In this document: positions 19,300-32,649 of the stretch, piece after piece
Layout: every line of letters starts with the position of its first letter
Position numbering within the stretch: position 1 is the stretch's first letter
Source of the DNA: Octopus vulgaris
Taxonomy: Eukaryota
Direction of reading: 5' to 3'
DNA length: 64,000 nt
Assembly: GCA_951406725.2 (NCBI GenBank)
Contig: OX597829.1
Span: forward strand, 12,648,001-12,712,000
The notes under the pieces: generated by a model
Databases searched by the model: none
What the model saw: the letters and a program-made list of their open reading frames with translations, nothing else
Told to the model about the DNA's origin: nothing
Made by a program: the position numbers and the translations under genes

Positions 19300-21450
19300 G
19301 TTTGCATGTTTGTTACAATCACTTACCGAAACACAACCGGCGTCCTAGGACGAGTGAAGGATAAGAGATGTTACAGTATGACTGTAAGCTTGAGGAGTGG
19401 AAGTGGGAAGGAGAGTAGTGAAAATGTCCATGCAATACAATGCAGTCATTTAAATGGATAGGGTTTTCTAAGGATGTTAGCACAATTAGTACTTGTTTGC
19501 ACAATCTCTTTTCTTTTGAATGTGTAGCAGCCCACTTTTTTCCAAGTATCTGCACAGTTCACTGGCCAAAGCACTTCACATTAGTTTCCACATTAACAGA
19601 AAGCATGTTAATGGTCTAAAGTTGGATGCAGCCCTTTCATGGAGCTCTTTCAGCTTCTTCATCCAACACCCTTAGATCCAACCCGGTCCTGGGCTTTTCC
19701 AATTTGGGAATTTTCGTAACTTCCTTTTTATCATTTCTGTAATTATCTTTATGTCTTCTTGACTTTTATATTTCTTAACCTATGTCGGATTTCATACAGC
19801 CACTCTGCTTCATCATTATGTTCTATATGTTGCTCCCAGCTCCCTCTCCACAATGCCTTGCTTTCCTCTGCATCTGGTATCATTGTTACGTGTTTTTGTC
19901 CATCTAGTTCCTGAAACAGTTTCTTCTGATTTGCTTCAAACAATCTGCTTTGCCTGAACTGTCTTTTTCTATTGTCATATCTTTGGTTGCTACTTCTCTT
20001 TGTTTCAATTCTTCTAGTATCGCATCATAACCTATATCTCTTATTCTATATATTCTTTCCATCAATATTCTTCTGCTTTCGTTCTGCAATTCCCTTCTTC
20101 TCTCTCTATCAACTTGTCCTAAATGTCTTTTTAACTTTGTTTATTACAAATTCGGCTACGCCAGTATGGTTCTTTACTTTCTGTTTGCTCTCTTCTTCTG
20201 TATCCAAATCTATCTGCAGCAACCATAGCTGCAGCCCAAATAACCTTGTTGGTTTCAGTTATATTTCTCAGCTGGAATATCCAAGAAGCGAATCTATATT
20301 TTCGGTTTCAAACTTGAGCATTGCTTTGATCCGTGTACCTCAGGCTGGAGATGCTTGATCTTGGTCTTCTCTGATATATCGGCACAGCGTCTTCACTATG
20401 CCTTGTTGGTCATCTTCGTATTCTTGTGACATAACTCTTCCTAATACTTCTCCTTCATTTGCTAAGAATGCGTTTACATGTACACTTTACTCTACTTCTT
20501 CATTGCCGCCTTTCATTTTTCTGTTTTCAGTGGGAATGTTATTTGTTAGTTAAGTATTTCTGTCTTCTTACGTTTTAGTTCTTCTATTTCGATATCTGTT
20601 AACCACCCTTTTGCCCTTTTTTGCTCTTGCTTGGTCGGCTAATCGTTAGTTTTTTTTTTGAAGAGTCATATCTCATTCCATTTTGCCTTCATTCGTTATC
20701 GGAATCCCTTTTTGATGGGTTCACACATTATTCAGCATTCAATTACCGTTCGGTTTGTCTCCTTAACCCACCTTCTCTCTTGGTTTGTGTACAAGCAGTT
20801 TCTGGATGACGACCGGGTCTGCGCTGCTCAAGCACAGAGCACATGCTGGGCGAAAATCTTTCAGTTTTGGTTCCAGCTTCATCAACACCATTATTTGATA
20901 CAAAGACATTTTCACTCAACAGTGAGGTATGTGTTCTAAGGTTAGCCACCAGCTAGTATTTTTATCGACACACCATCTCTTGGAATATTGTCAACCAAGA
21001 CTGCAAAGTTCTTACTACTAATATGTTGGGCCTATTCCCTTCGCATTTCTATGTGTTAGGAACCATGATCCTGATTCTCACTAGGAGACAGGCGAGAGTC
21101 AGTTGGTCCCGTATCTTCATCCAAACATTGCTCCGGAGTCTCGATTCGCAGTTCATTCACCTTCATCCCAAGCATGGAGCCGTAGGACACTGACAAGTTG
21201 TCACTACTGTAACTAAGGAGTTCTATGCACCTTAGTTATTAAATCAGTGCTCCTTCTAGACAGACCGCCAACCAAGGCTCACGACTTCTGTCTACCCGTT
21301 TTCGGAACGACCATTGACTCTTTTAAGTTCCTCTTCCCTTTGTCGGTTTTGTTTTAAATCCTGCAAGCTGTTGAAAACCCACCCTCGTCACTACGCAAGC
21401 TTAGTTGGGTTGCCAGTTTAGTCGCCGACGAGTCGACGGTTTCATAAGGC
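19300..21450 (-). mobile_element. Internally deleted R4/Dong element, family E (5' region joined to the C-terminus and 3' UTR)
   Basis: MFEANQKKLFQEL..W pre-RT region and MWKL..YLEKSGLL jump directly to ANILRKTLSI* near 19500. Confidence 0.75.
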
Positions 21451-21637
21451 TACTTGTTAATCATTCTGGGTAAATATCAATCTGGGTAATTATTTACTTG
21501 TTCACTATTTTAATTTCATTATTACAATAATTGCTATCTTATTATTTACTTGTTCACTATTATAGTTTCACAACTGGAGATTATTATTATTGTTGTTGTT
21601 GTTGATGATGTTGTTGATGTTGTTGTTGTTGTTGTTG

Positions 21638-21669
<32 letters not shown>

Positions 21670-22580
21670 GCAGGCGTCGCACAGTATCTAATGAGATGTT
21701 GTTGACTGCAGATTTTTGTTTACAGGGGTATTGTACTGTTTGTCAAGTCCTAAGAAGGACATGAAACAGTACTTTACGCTATATATGTGGAGTTCCAAGT
21801 AAAGCTGATTTTTGAAAAACGCCTAGATTGTAGGGTATGTCTAAAGTTTCCATATATTTGTTCAGGTTGTTTCTGATATTGAACCAAATGCTCTGATGAC
21901 AACAGGGACAAGCTTTATGTTTGACTCACGTAGCTGCCACACCTTGGCGATCTTAATTCTCAGGTCTCCTTAGTTATCAATCTTTTCTCTTTCATGCTTG
22001 ATCTCCTGGCATTGCCATGTCGATTATTAGGCAATCTTGGTTGTCCTTCCTACAGTTTGCATCCGGCCTTCGGTGCTCTAACACCTTGTTTGTCTGGAAC
22101 TCAAAGTCTCAGAGGACTTTTGTCTTCCCCTTTTCTTTCATTATCTTTTTCTGGTGTATGTTAGTACCCGTTACGTCATACCCACAATTCCGGCATAGTA
22201 TCCACTGATGTTTTTGTGCTACCTTGTCCTGTCGTCGCTTGTACTCCTTCTGCGGAAGATATTCACAAGCACTAACAATGTGAGTTTGGCTTTCGACCCT
22301 CTCCTCACACATTCTGCAGAGGTTTGTTGCATTGTATAATATATATCCCTTTTCACTGAGTTGGTATTCAATGCCTGATCCTAAGTGGCCACCTCTATGA
22401 TGCCTACTTGTCTTTTACTTTATTAATTTAACGGTGGAACTGACCTATGTAACGCCATGCGGAATAAGATTTTTCACTCACATTGGCTGTTCCTGATCGG
22501 AATTCATTAGAACTCTCAAGTCTCTAGCTGGTAAAACCTTTGCATTAGCAGCATACAGCAGCATGTCTCCTCCTATTCTA
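21670..22580 (-). mobile_element. Decayed 3' fragment of R4/Dong element, family F
   Basis: CRMCEERVESQTHIVSAC, KRRQDKVA, RRPD, ALLGTPH motifs; (AAT)n tail. Confidence 0.8.
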
Positions 22581-22584
22581 CTTC

Positions 22585-22850
22585 CTCTTCTTCTTCTTCT
22601 TCTTCTTCTTCTTCTTCTTCTTCTTCTTCTTCTTCTTCTTCTTCTTCTTCTTTTTCTTCCTCTTCATCTTTTTCTTCCTCTTCTTCTTTTTCTTCCTCTT
22701 CTTCTTTTTCTTCCTCTTCTTCTTTTTCTTCCTCTTCTTCTTTTTCTTCCTCTTCTTCTTTTTCTTCCTCTTCTTCTTCTTCTTCTTCTTCTTCTTCTTC
22801 TTCTTCTTCTTCTTCTTCTTCTTCTTCTTCTTCTTCGTCTTCTTCTTCAT
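22585..22850. repeat. (CTT)n microsatellite with an internal 18-bp higher-order unit
   Basis: cttcctcttcttcttttt repeated about 6 times. Confidence 0.9.
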
Positions 22851-22910
22851 AAGATCACGAGCAGGAAGAATCTTTAGTATGCTGCGAAAGATTCTTAGCG
22901 GCATGTATTC
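22851..22910 (+). mobile_element. Degenerate tRNA-SINE head preceding the 71-bp array
   Basis: aagatcacgagcaggaagaatctttag resembles the head aagatggtgagctggcagaatccttag at 27331. Confidence 0.55.
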
Positions 22911-25900
22911 TGTCCTTGTTTGTCGCCTCTGTGTTTAGCCCCTTGTGGGTAGTAAAGAAATAGGTAGTTCGACTGATTCTCTGTCCTTCTTTGTCCCCGC
23001 TGTGATTAGCGCCATTTTGGGTAGTAAAGAAATAGGTATTTCGTCTGTTTCTTTGTCCTTGTTTGTCCCATCTGTGTTTAGGCCCTTGTGGGTAGTAAAG
23101 AAATAGGTATTTCGTCTGTTTGCCCGTCCTTGTTTGTCCCCTCTGTGTTTAGGTCCTTGTGGGTAGTAAAGAAATAGGTATTTCGTCTGTTTGCCCGTCA
23201 TTGTTTGTCCCCTCTGTGTTTAGGCCTATAGTGGGTAGGAAAGAAATAGATATTTCGTCTGTTTGCCTGTCCTTGTTTGACCCCTCTGGTTTTAGCCCCA
23301 TTGTGGGTAGTAAAGAAATAGGTAATTCGTCTGTTTGCCTGTACTTGTTTGTCCACTCTTTGTTCAGCCCGTTGTGGATAGTAAAGAAATAGGTATTTCG
23401 TTTTTGCCTGTACTTGTTTGTCCACTCTGTGTTATCACCGTGTGGGTTGTAAAGCGATAGGTATTTCGTCTGCTTTCCTGTCCTTGTTTGTTCCCTCAGT
23501 GTTTAGCCACTTATGGGTAGTAAAGAAATAGGAATTTCGTCTGTTTGTCTGTCCTTGTTTGTCCTCTCTGTGTTTAGCCCCTTTTGGGTTGTAAGGAAAT
23601 AGGTATTTCGTCTGTTTTCGCTCATTGTTTGTCCCCTCTATGTTTAGGCCGTTGTGTGTAGTAAAGAAATAGGTATTTCGTCTGTTTGCCTGTCCTTGTT
23701 TGTCCTCTCTGTGTTTAGCCCCTTAGTGGGTAGTAAAGAAATAGGTATTTCGTATGTCTACCTGTCCTTGTTTGACCCCTCTCTGTTTAGGCCCTTGTTG
23801 GTACTAAAGAAATATGTATTTCGTTTATTTGTCTATCCTTGTTTGTCCCCTCTGTGTTTAGGCCCTTGTGGGTAGTAAAGAAATAGGTATTCCGTCTGTT
23901 TGCCTGTCCTCGTGTATCCCCTCTGTGTTTAGCCCCTTGTGGGTAGTAAAGAAATAGGTATTTCGTCTGTTTGTCTGTCCTAGTTTGTCCTCTCTGCGTT
24001 TAGCCCCTCATTGGTGTTAAAGAAAAAGGTATTTCGTCTATTTTCTCTCATTGTTTTTCCCGCCTGTGTTTAGGCCGTTGTGGGTAGTAAAGAAATAGGT
24101 ATTTCGTCTTTTTGCCTGTAATTGTTTGTCCCCTCTGTGTTTAGAGCCACAGTGGGTAGTAAAAAATAGGTACTTCGTCTGTTTGCCTGTTTTTGTTTGT
24201 CCCCTCTGTGTTTATCCCCATTGTGGGTTGTAAAGAAATCGATATTTCGTCTGTTTGTCTGTCCTTGTTTGTCCCCTCTGTGTTTAGCCTCTTGTGGGTA
24301 GTAAAGAAATAGGTATTTCGTTTGTTTCTTTGTCATTGTTTGTCCCCTCTGTGTTTAGCCCCTTGTGGATAGTAAAGAAATAGGTATTTCGTTTGTTTGC
24401 CTGTCCTTGTTTGTCCCCTCTGTGTTTAGCCTCTTGTGGGTAGTAAAGAAAAAGGTATTTCGTCTGTTTGTCTGTCCTAGTTTGTCCTCTCTGCGTTTAG
24501 CCCCTCATTGGTGTTAAAGAAATTGGTATTTCGTCTGTTTTCTCTCATTGTTTTTTCCGCCTGTGTTTAGGCCGTTGTGGGTAGTAAAGAAATAGGTATT
24601 TCGTCTTTTTGCCTGTAATTGTTTCGTATGTTTACCTGTCCTTGTTTGACCCCTCTCTGTTTAGGCCCTTGTTGGTAGTAAAGAAATAGGTATTTCGTCT
24701 ATTTGTCTATCCTTGTTTGTCCCCTCTGTGTTTAGGCCCTTGTGGGTAGTAAAGAAATAGGTATTCCGTCTGTTTGCCTGTCCTCGTGTATCCCCTCTGT
24801 GTTTAGCCCCATAGTGGGTAGTAAAGAAATAGATATTTTGTCTGTTTGTCTGTCCTTGTTTGTCTCCCTTGTATTTAGCCCCTTGTGGATAGTAAAGAAA
24901 TAGGTATTTCGACTGTTTGCCTGTATTGTTTGTCTTCTCTCTGTTTAGGCCCGTGTGGGTAGTAAAGCAATATGTATTTCGTCTGTTTTCCTGTCCTTGT
25001 TTGTTCCCTTTGTGTTTAGCCCCTTATGGGTAGTAAAGAAATAGGAATTTCGTCTGTTTGTCTGTCCTTGTTTGTCCTTTCTGTGTTAAGCCCCGTATGG
25101 GTTGTAAAGAAATAGGTATTTCGTCTGTTTTTTCTGTCATTGTTTGTCCCCTCTGTGTTTATCCCCATTGTGGGTAGTAAAGAAATAGGTATTTCGTCTG
25201 TTTGCCTGTTTTTGTTTGTCTCCTCTGAGTTTCGCTCCTTGTGGGTAGTATAGAAATAGGTATTTCTTCTGATTGCCTCTCCTTGTTTGTTCCCTGTGTG
25301 TTTAGCTCCATTGTGGGTAGTAAGGAATAGGTATTTCGTCTGTTTGCCTGTCCTTGTTTGTCCCCTCAGTGTTTATCCCCATTGTGGGTAGTAAAGAAAT
25401 AGGTATTTCGTCTGTTTGCCTGTTTTTGTTTGTCCCCTCTGTGTTTATCCCCATTGTGGGTTGTAAAGAAATCGATATTTCGTCTGTTTGTCTGTCCTTG
25501 TTTGTCCCCTCTGTGTTTAGCCCCTTGTGGATAGTAAAGAAATAGGTATTTCGTTTGTTTGCCTGTCCTTGTTTGTCCCCTCTGTGTTTAGCCTCTTGTG
25601 GGTAGTAAAGAAAAGGTATTTCGTTTGTTTGCCTGTCCTTGTTTGTCCCCTCTGTGTTTAGGCCCTCATTGGTGTTAAAGAAATTGGTATTTCGTCTGTT
25701 TTCTCTCATTGTTTTTCCCGCCTGTGTTTAGGCCGTTGTGGGTAGTAAAGAAATAGGTATTTCGTCTTTTTGCCTGTAATTGTTTGTCCCCTCTGTGTTT
25801 AGAGCCACAGTGGGTAGTAAAAAAATAGGTACTTCGTCTGTTTGCCTGTTTTTGTTTGTCCCCTTTGTGTTTATCCCCATTGTGGGTTGTAAAGAAATCG

Positions 25901-27160
25901 ATATTTCGTCTGTTTGTCTGTCCTTGTTTGTCCCCTCTGTGTTTAGCCTCTTGTGGGTAGTAAAGAAATAGGTATTTCGTTTGTTTCTTTGTCCTTGTTT
26001 GTCCCCTCTGTGTTTAGCCCCTTGTGGATAGTAAAGAAATAGGTATTTCGTTTGTTTGCCTGTCCTTGTTTGTCCCCTCTGTGTTTAGCCTCTTGTGGGT
26101 AGTAAAGAAAAAGGTATTTCGTCTGTTTGTCTGTCCTAGTTTGTCCTCTCTGCGTTTAGCCCCTCATTGGTGTTAAAGAAATTGGTATTTCGTCTGTTTT
26201 CTCTCATTGTTTTTCCCGCCTGTGTTTAGGCCGTTGTGGGTAGTAAAGAAATAGGTATTTCGTCTTTTTGCCTGTAATTGTTTGTCCCCTCTGTGTTTAG
26301 AGCCACAGTGGGTAGTAAAAAATAGGTATTTCGTCTGTTTCTCTGTCGTTGTTTGTCCCCTCTGTCTTTTGGTCCTTGTGGGTAGTAAAGAAATAGGTAA
26401 TTATTCTGATTGCCTCTCCTTGTTCGTCCCCTCTGTGTTTATCTCCATTGTGGTTAGTAAAGAAATAGTTATTTCGTCTGTTTGCCTGTTTTTGTTTGTC
26501 CCCTCTGTGTTTAGGCCATTGTGGGTAGTAAAGAAATAGGTATTTCGTCTGTTTTTTCTGTCATTGTTTGTCCCCTCTGTGTTTAGCCCCATAGTGGGTA
26601 GTAAAGAAATAGGTATTTCGTCTATTTGTCTGTCCTTGTTAGTCCCCTCTGTGTTTAGGCCCTTGTGGGTAGTAAAGAAATAGGTATTTCGTCTGTTTGT
26701 CCCCTCTGTGTCTAGCCCCATTATGGGTAGTAAAGAAATAGATATTTCGTTTGTTTGTCTGTCCCGTTTTATCCCCTCTGTCTTTATGCCCTTGTGGGTA
26801 GTAAAGAAATAGGTATTTCGTCTGTTTCTTTGTCTTTATTTGTCCCCTCTGTGCTTAGCATCTTATGGATAGTAAAGAAATAAGTATTTCGTCTGTTTGC
26901 CTGTCCTTGTTTGTCCCCTCTGTATTTAGCCTCTTTTTGGGTAGTAAAGAAATAGGTATTTCGTCTGTTTGCCTGTCCTTGTTTGTCCCCTCTGTGTTTA
27001 GCCTCTTGTGGGTAGTAAAGAAATAGGTATTTCGTCTGTTTGCCTTTCCTTCTATGTCCCCTCTGTGTTTAGCCTCTTGTGGGTAGTAAAGAAAGAGGTA
27101 TTTCGTCTGTTTGTCTCCTCTGCATTTTGCCCCATTGTGGGTAGTAAAGAAATAGGTATG
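22905..27160. repeat. 71-72-bp diverged tandem satellite, ~60 copies, with a 7-monomer higher-order block
   Basis: gtgggtagtaaagaaataggtatttcgtctg recurs every 71-72 bp; a variant monomer occurs at 24013, 24509, 25671 and 26169. Confidence 0.95.
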
Positions 27161-27325
27161 CATTCTGTCGTTAAGTTTTGAGTTCAAATTCCGCCGTTGT
27201 CGACTTTACCTTTCATTCTTTCGGTGTCGATTAGATAAGTACCAGGAAACACTGGTATCGATGTTATCGACTATTCTGTTCCCCACAAATTTCAGGCCTT
27301 GTTTCCATAGTAGAAAGGATTATTT
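27160..27325 (+). mobile_element. tRNA-derived SINE body (B-box gagttcaaattcc) directly following the array
   Basis: B-box-like motif, then gtcgac...gtcga core and an (ATT) tail. Confidence 0.7.
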
Positions 27326-27529
27326 TTATTAAGATGGTGAGCTGGCAGAATCCTTAGCTGGACGCAGAAAATATATAGCAACATTTCACATAACACAAGT
27401 GAACTACTGCTATGTCTATCGGACGAATATCCATCATCGCGGATACCAATAAAAGGTCGAAACCGTAAGGTCTGCTGGTCTGGAAGCAGTTCTCTTCCCG
27501 CTTGCAATAAATATTTGGTACGGTTATCA

Positions 27530-27667
27530 TGTACCAGATTAATCCACAAAGTTTCGGTCGGCTCCAGGTTATATTCTTTAGTACAAGACACTTCTCCAAC
27601 TGTCCGTGCAGTGGGGCTAAATCCAGAACCAGCTGGTTGGGAAGCAAGCTTCTTACCACACAGCCAC
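27530..27667 (-). mobile_element. tRNA-derived SINE (tggctgtgtggtaag family)
   Basis: Reverse complement similar to 37908-38073. Confidence 0.7.
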
Positions 27668-28143
27668 AATCACACATACATACATGTACGCACTCATGCA
27701 CGCACGCACTCATGCACGCACGCACTCACACACACATGCACACATAGTCACTCTCACACATACTTACATACGTACGTAGATGACTAAATCAATATTCAAA
27801 TTGCGTTCAGTTTACTATTGTACCTAACAAGAGACAAAAAATCACAAAAGACGGTAAAGGAAAGGAAAAACAAATCTTTAAAAACTGTAAATTAATAAGA
27901 CTAGCATAATTCTTCTCGATCGAACTCTATAGGACTGTTTAAACTGAGAATCTCTTTGCTCTACCAGAAAAAGGGTCAACGAGTGCGCCTGCTATATGAA
28001 TACGAGTTACAGGGTCAACAAGTACAGAATTTGAAGGAAGTTAAATGAATGGTACTATGAAACATCGTTACAATAAAGAACCAAATAACGGAATATTAAT
28101 TGCTATTATTCAAGGGATTATTATATTATTATTTCTTCTTCTT

Positions 28144-28270
<127 letters not shown>

Positions 28271-28351
28271 TATCCCTCTCATCCTTTGCCCTGGTGGCTA
28301 ATAAAAGAAATCCATTATTATTATAATTGTTTTTATTGTTGATGTTGTTGC

Positions 28352-28445
<94 letters not shown>

Positions 28446-28446
<1 letters not shown>

Positions 28447-30757
28447 GTAGTTTTATTTTTATAGCGTGCTTTCACTTCACTACCGAGCGCAGCTTTGTGT
28501 GCCTTGGGTATGTGCTGTGATTTGTTGTGATGCTCTGATGGTTATTGTATGGAAAGTGTTCTGTGTAGGATGTGTGCAGTGCCTAGTAGTGCAATTTTCT
28601 GTATGTTATATGTGTTTGTAAGTCCTGGTGTTTTTGTTATGTATTTGTCTGAATATTTTTTTATCATGCCTAATGCACCTACTATGATAGGAATTGTTTC
28701 TGTTTTCAGATTCCACATTCTAGTTACCTCTATTTCCAGGTCTTTGTATTTTGAGAGTTTCTCCATTTCTTTTAGAGACACGTTGTCATCAGCCGGTATT
28801 GATACATCAATTAGAAAGCATTTTTTTCTTCATGATCTCTGACAACTATATCTGGTCTGTTGGCCTTAATTTCTCTATCTGTGTGTATCGGCATATCCCA
28901 GAGTATGGTTGCTTTCTCGTTTTCTGTGACCTTTTCTGGTGTGTGCCTATACCATCTTTTTTCTGTTGTTATTCCATAATGTTGGCATAGCTTCCAATGT
29001 ATGTAGGTTCCAACTCTGTCATGTCTGTGAATATATTCCTTCTTAGCCAAGACTGGGCAGCTAGAGATAATATGATTTATTGTTTCTTGTCCATCTCCAC
29101 ATATTCTGCAGTTACTTGTAATATTCCTTTTAATTACATGTTTTTGGTAATTTCTGGTGGGGAGGCTTTGGTCTTGTGCTGCAATTAAAACTCCCTCTGT
29201 TTTTGCTTTGAGTCCTGAGCTTCTCAACCATTGCTGGGATTTTTCTTTGTCTATTTCTTTTGCGTTTAGTTTAGTCCAGTATTTACCATGAAGGGGCTTT
29301 TCTTGCCATCGTTTTATCATGGTTCGTTGCTGTTCTATTTTTAGTTTGGATTTCATTTGTTTTATAGCTTTTGTTGTTTCTTCATCTTCTTCTTCTTCTT
29401 CTTCTTCATGTTTATTAGGTGGTATGATTTCTTGTTTGCATTTGTCAGCTTCCTTAAATACTGGGAACAGTTTTTTGTTTTGCTCGTGTTTTGCCGCTAT
29501 TTGTATCAGTTTTCCTTGCTTCTGAAGTAGATATTTTTGCAGTCCTATGGTGGTTATTTTATAGTAGTTTTCCAGCTGTATAAGGCCTCTACCACCTTCT
29601 ATACGTTGTATATATAGTCTTTCTATGTCAGATTTTGGGTGATGCATCCTAGATCCTGTCAGTATTTTTCTTGTTTTCCTATCTATTTTGGACAGTTCAT
29701 TTCGTGTCCAGTTAAGGATATTGTAGCTGTAACTTATAACTGGGACAGCTAAAGTGTTGATACCTATTATCTTGTTTTTAGCATTGAGCTCTGTGTTTAG
29801 TATTGATCTACCTCGTCTATAATATTCTTTTTTTATTTTCTCTTTCATTTGTGTGTGTTGTGTCTTATCTAGTTCATGGATTCCTAAGTATTTGTAAGTT
29901 TGGCTTTGGTCTAATTCTTTTATTTCATTGGTTTTATCTAGTGTGATGTTGTTACTCTTAACTAGTTTTCCTCTTTTCATGGTTACTTTGGCGCATTTTT
30001 CTAATCCAAATTTCATATCTATTTCTTTGGTAAATCCATGAACTGTCTTTAATAGTGTTTCCAGCTGTTTGTCATTTGCAGCGTATAGTTTTAGGTCATC
30101 CATATATAAAAGGTGGCTGATCGTTTTGCCGTAACATTTATATCCGCATCCAGTTCTATTTAGCATATCAGATAGAGGTGACAGTGCCAAGCAGAAAAGG
30201 AGTGGAGAGAGCGTGTCTCCCTGGAATATTCCTCTTGTAATGGGGATGTCTTTGGTTTTCATGAGGCCCTCTTTTGTTTGGAGGTGTAGGACTGTTTGCC
30301 ATTTATTCATAGAGTGCTCTATGAATTTTATGATTGTTGGTGCTACTTTGTTAATGGCTAGTGTTTCGAGGATCCATGTGTGGGGGATGCTATCAAACGC
30401 CTTTCTGTAGTCGATCCAGGCCATACTGAGGCCTTTCTTCTTTCTGTGGCTGTCTTCAGTTATGGCTTTATTAATCATTAGTTGATCTTTACAGCCATAT
30501 GAGCCTTTGCGGCATCCTTTCTGCTCTTCTGGGAACAGTTTGTTTTCGTCCAGGTGCTTGTTCAGCCTTTCTGATATCACTGCAGTAAATGCCTTGAACA
30601 TAGTAGGGAGCCAGGTTATTGGTCTGTAGTTTTCTGGTTTTTCTGTTTCATTTGATTTGGGAATTAAGATGGTTTTCCCCTTCGTGAGCCATTCAGGCGT
30701 TGTCTCTGGCTCTGCTAGTACTTTGTTAAAGTTTTCAGCCAGCTTTTGTGCATTCCT
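28446..30757 (-). mobile_element. 5'-truncated R4/Dong element, family D; RT open with intact YMDD, frameshift near 28811 in REL
   Basis: NYRPITWL, WIDYRKAFD, GIFQGDTLSP, LLYMDDLKLY, CRIC..H..C, RHD, NRPDIV. Confidence 0.93.
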
Positions 30758-30764
30758 TATTATT

Positions 30765-30799
<35 letters not shown>

Positions 30800-30815
30800 C
30801 ATTATAATAATGATG

Positions 30816-30934
<119 letters not shown>

Positions 30935-31734
30935 GAGATGTAGAATATGATTACGGCAGAAATCATTTTTGTAGCAGAAAATGCGGGTGTTGATGTAAAA
31001 AAAAAGAAATATAATGGGAGTGACAGAAAAAAGATCCATGGTGGAAAAGAAGATGCAGGCAGGGTTAGATATGCTCTCGAAGGACATTTCTGTATTAGAC
31101 CGAAAAGAGAAAGAGGAGACTTAAAAGCGAACAAAAATAAAGGGCACTGAAAAGGAAGTATAATATTGAAAGAAAGGAACTGAAAGTGGTAATGGAGGAA
31201 CTGAAACAGCGCCTCGTTGCAAAGAAAGCAAAGATGGTAAGATACAACCAAAGAATGAAGGGTTACTACCAGAATAGGTTGTTCAGAGTAGAACAGAAGA
31301 GATTGTATAAAGAAATAAATGGAGGTTATACAGATAAAAAGTTGATAACATTGAAAGTCAAAGGTTTTGGAGTGACATCTGGAGCAAAGACAAGGAGCAC
31401 AAGAAGGATGCTGAATGGTTGCTGAAACAAACAGTAGTCTGTCCAAAACAGGCAGAACTACTCATTTCAGTTAAGGAAGTGAAGAAAATGAGCAACTGGA
31501 AGGCCCCGGGAGCAGATGGAGTTAAAGATCAAAAGATTTGTTGAATGTCATGCACGAATAGCTGCGCAACTCAACACCATTTAAATCCCGACCAAGTAAC
31601 ACCAGAGTGGTTGACATTGGGTAGGACAGTGCTGTGCCTGGAAAACATCGAAAATAGCAATACGGTAGACAATTACAGGCCGATATCCTGTTTGCCACTT
31701 ATGTGGAAATTATTAGCTGGAATACTCGCAGAAT
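30935..31734 (+). mobile_element. Internal fragment of Dong family C, near-identical inverted copy of ~6935-7735
   Basis: Same broken ORFs (MVMEELKQRLVAKK..., [12 protein letters not shown]...). Confidence 0.9.
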
Positions 31735-31819
31735 CAATAATAATAATAATAATAATAACAACAACAATAATAATGATAACAACAACAACAACAACAACAA
31801 CAATATTAATAATAATAAT

Positions 31820-31855
<36 letters not shown>

Positions 31856-31872
31856 TAATAATTATTATAATG

Positions 31873-31925
<53 letters not shown>

Positions 31926-31946
31926 TATAATGATAATGATAATAAC

Positions 31947-32028
<82 letters not shown>

Positions 32029-32032
<4 letters not shown>

Positions 32033-32625
32033 TAACACTTCCAATCAGTTAAGATCAGAAGCCATGAGAGCCACTGCCTGCAGTACCAGGCAGTGGCTCT
32101 CATGGCTTGTGATCTTAACTGATTGGAAGTGTTATCATGTACATTGTTTTGTCTTGGTATAAAAGATAGGCTACAGCAAATATTTTGCTCAATACCACAG
32201 ATTTGCTTGTCAGTTGTTTGACCTTAACCAGTTGAGCATGTCCCTTAGTGGCTGACGATATGTGCATCTCTGATCACGAGCAGAAGTAGTGGGGGAGCAT
32301 CATAGCCATGTGTTGAGAGGGATTCTTTGGGGTTTGAATAATTCACCTCTGGAAATATGGGTGGTTCTTTCAACATCCTTAAACAACCCTTATTCATGGA
32401 CCTTTTGAGCGGGATGGGCTACTCAACCTGAAGAAAATTCTAACTGGGCCCCACCTGCAAGGTCATGTGCTGTTTATCTTGATATGAGATCACCATGTCG
32501 CGCACATATGGTTGTGATGCATGTGCCTGGTGTACCTTTATCAGACGGGTAGTCATGATGGGTATATTGGGCTTCGTATATTTTACCCCAGTGTCACTTT
32601 GATGGCATGCACTGCTCTCTCACTC
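32029..32625 (+). mobile_element. ~550-bp SINE-like element, copy 2, with a 52-bp inverted duplication of its 5' end
   Basis: Arms 32029-32080 and 32087-32138; (AAT)n on both sides. Confidence 0.85.
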
Positions 32626-32649
32626 AATAATAATAATAATAATAATAAT

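Noticed and set aside
22935-27187. Repetitive ORFs (NTEGTNKDRQTDEIP...) in the 71-bp array
   Set aside because: The period is not a multiple of 3 and frames break constantly
32079-32092. U2 snRNA-like tgcagtacc motif
   Set aside because: Match of only ~9 nt, with no further U2 similarity
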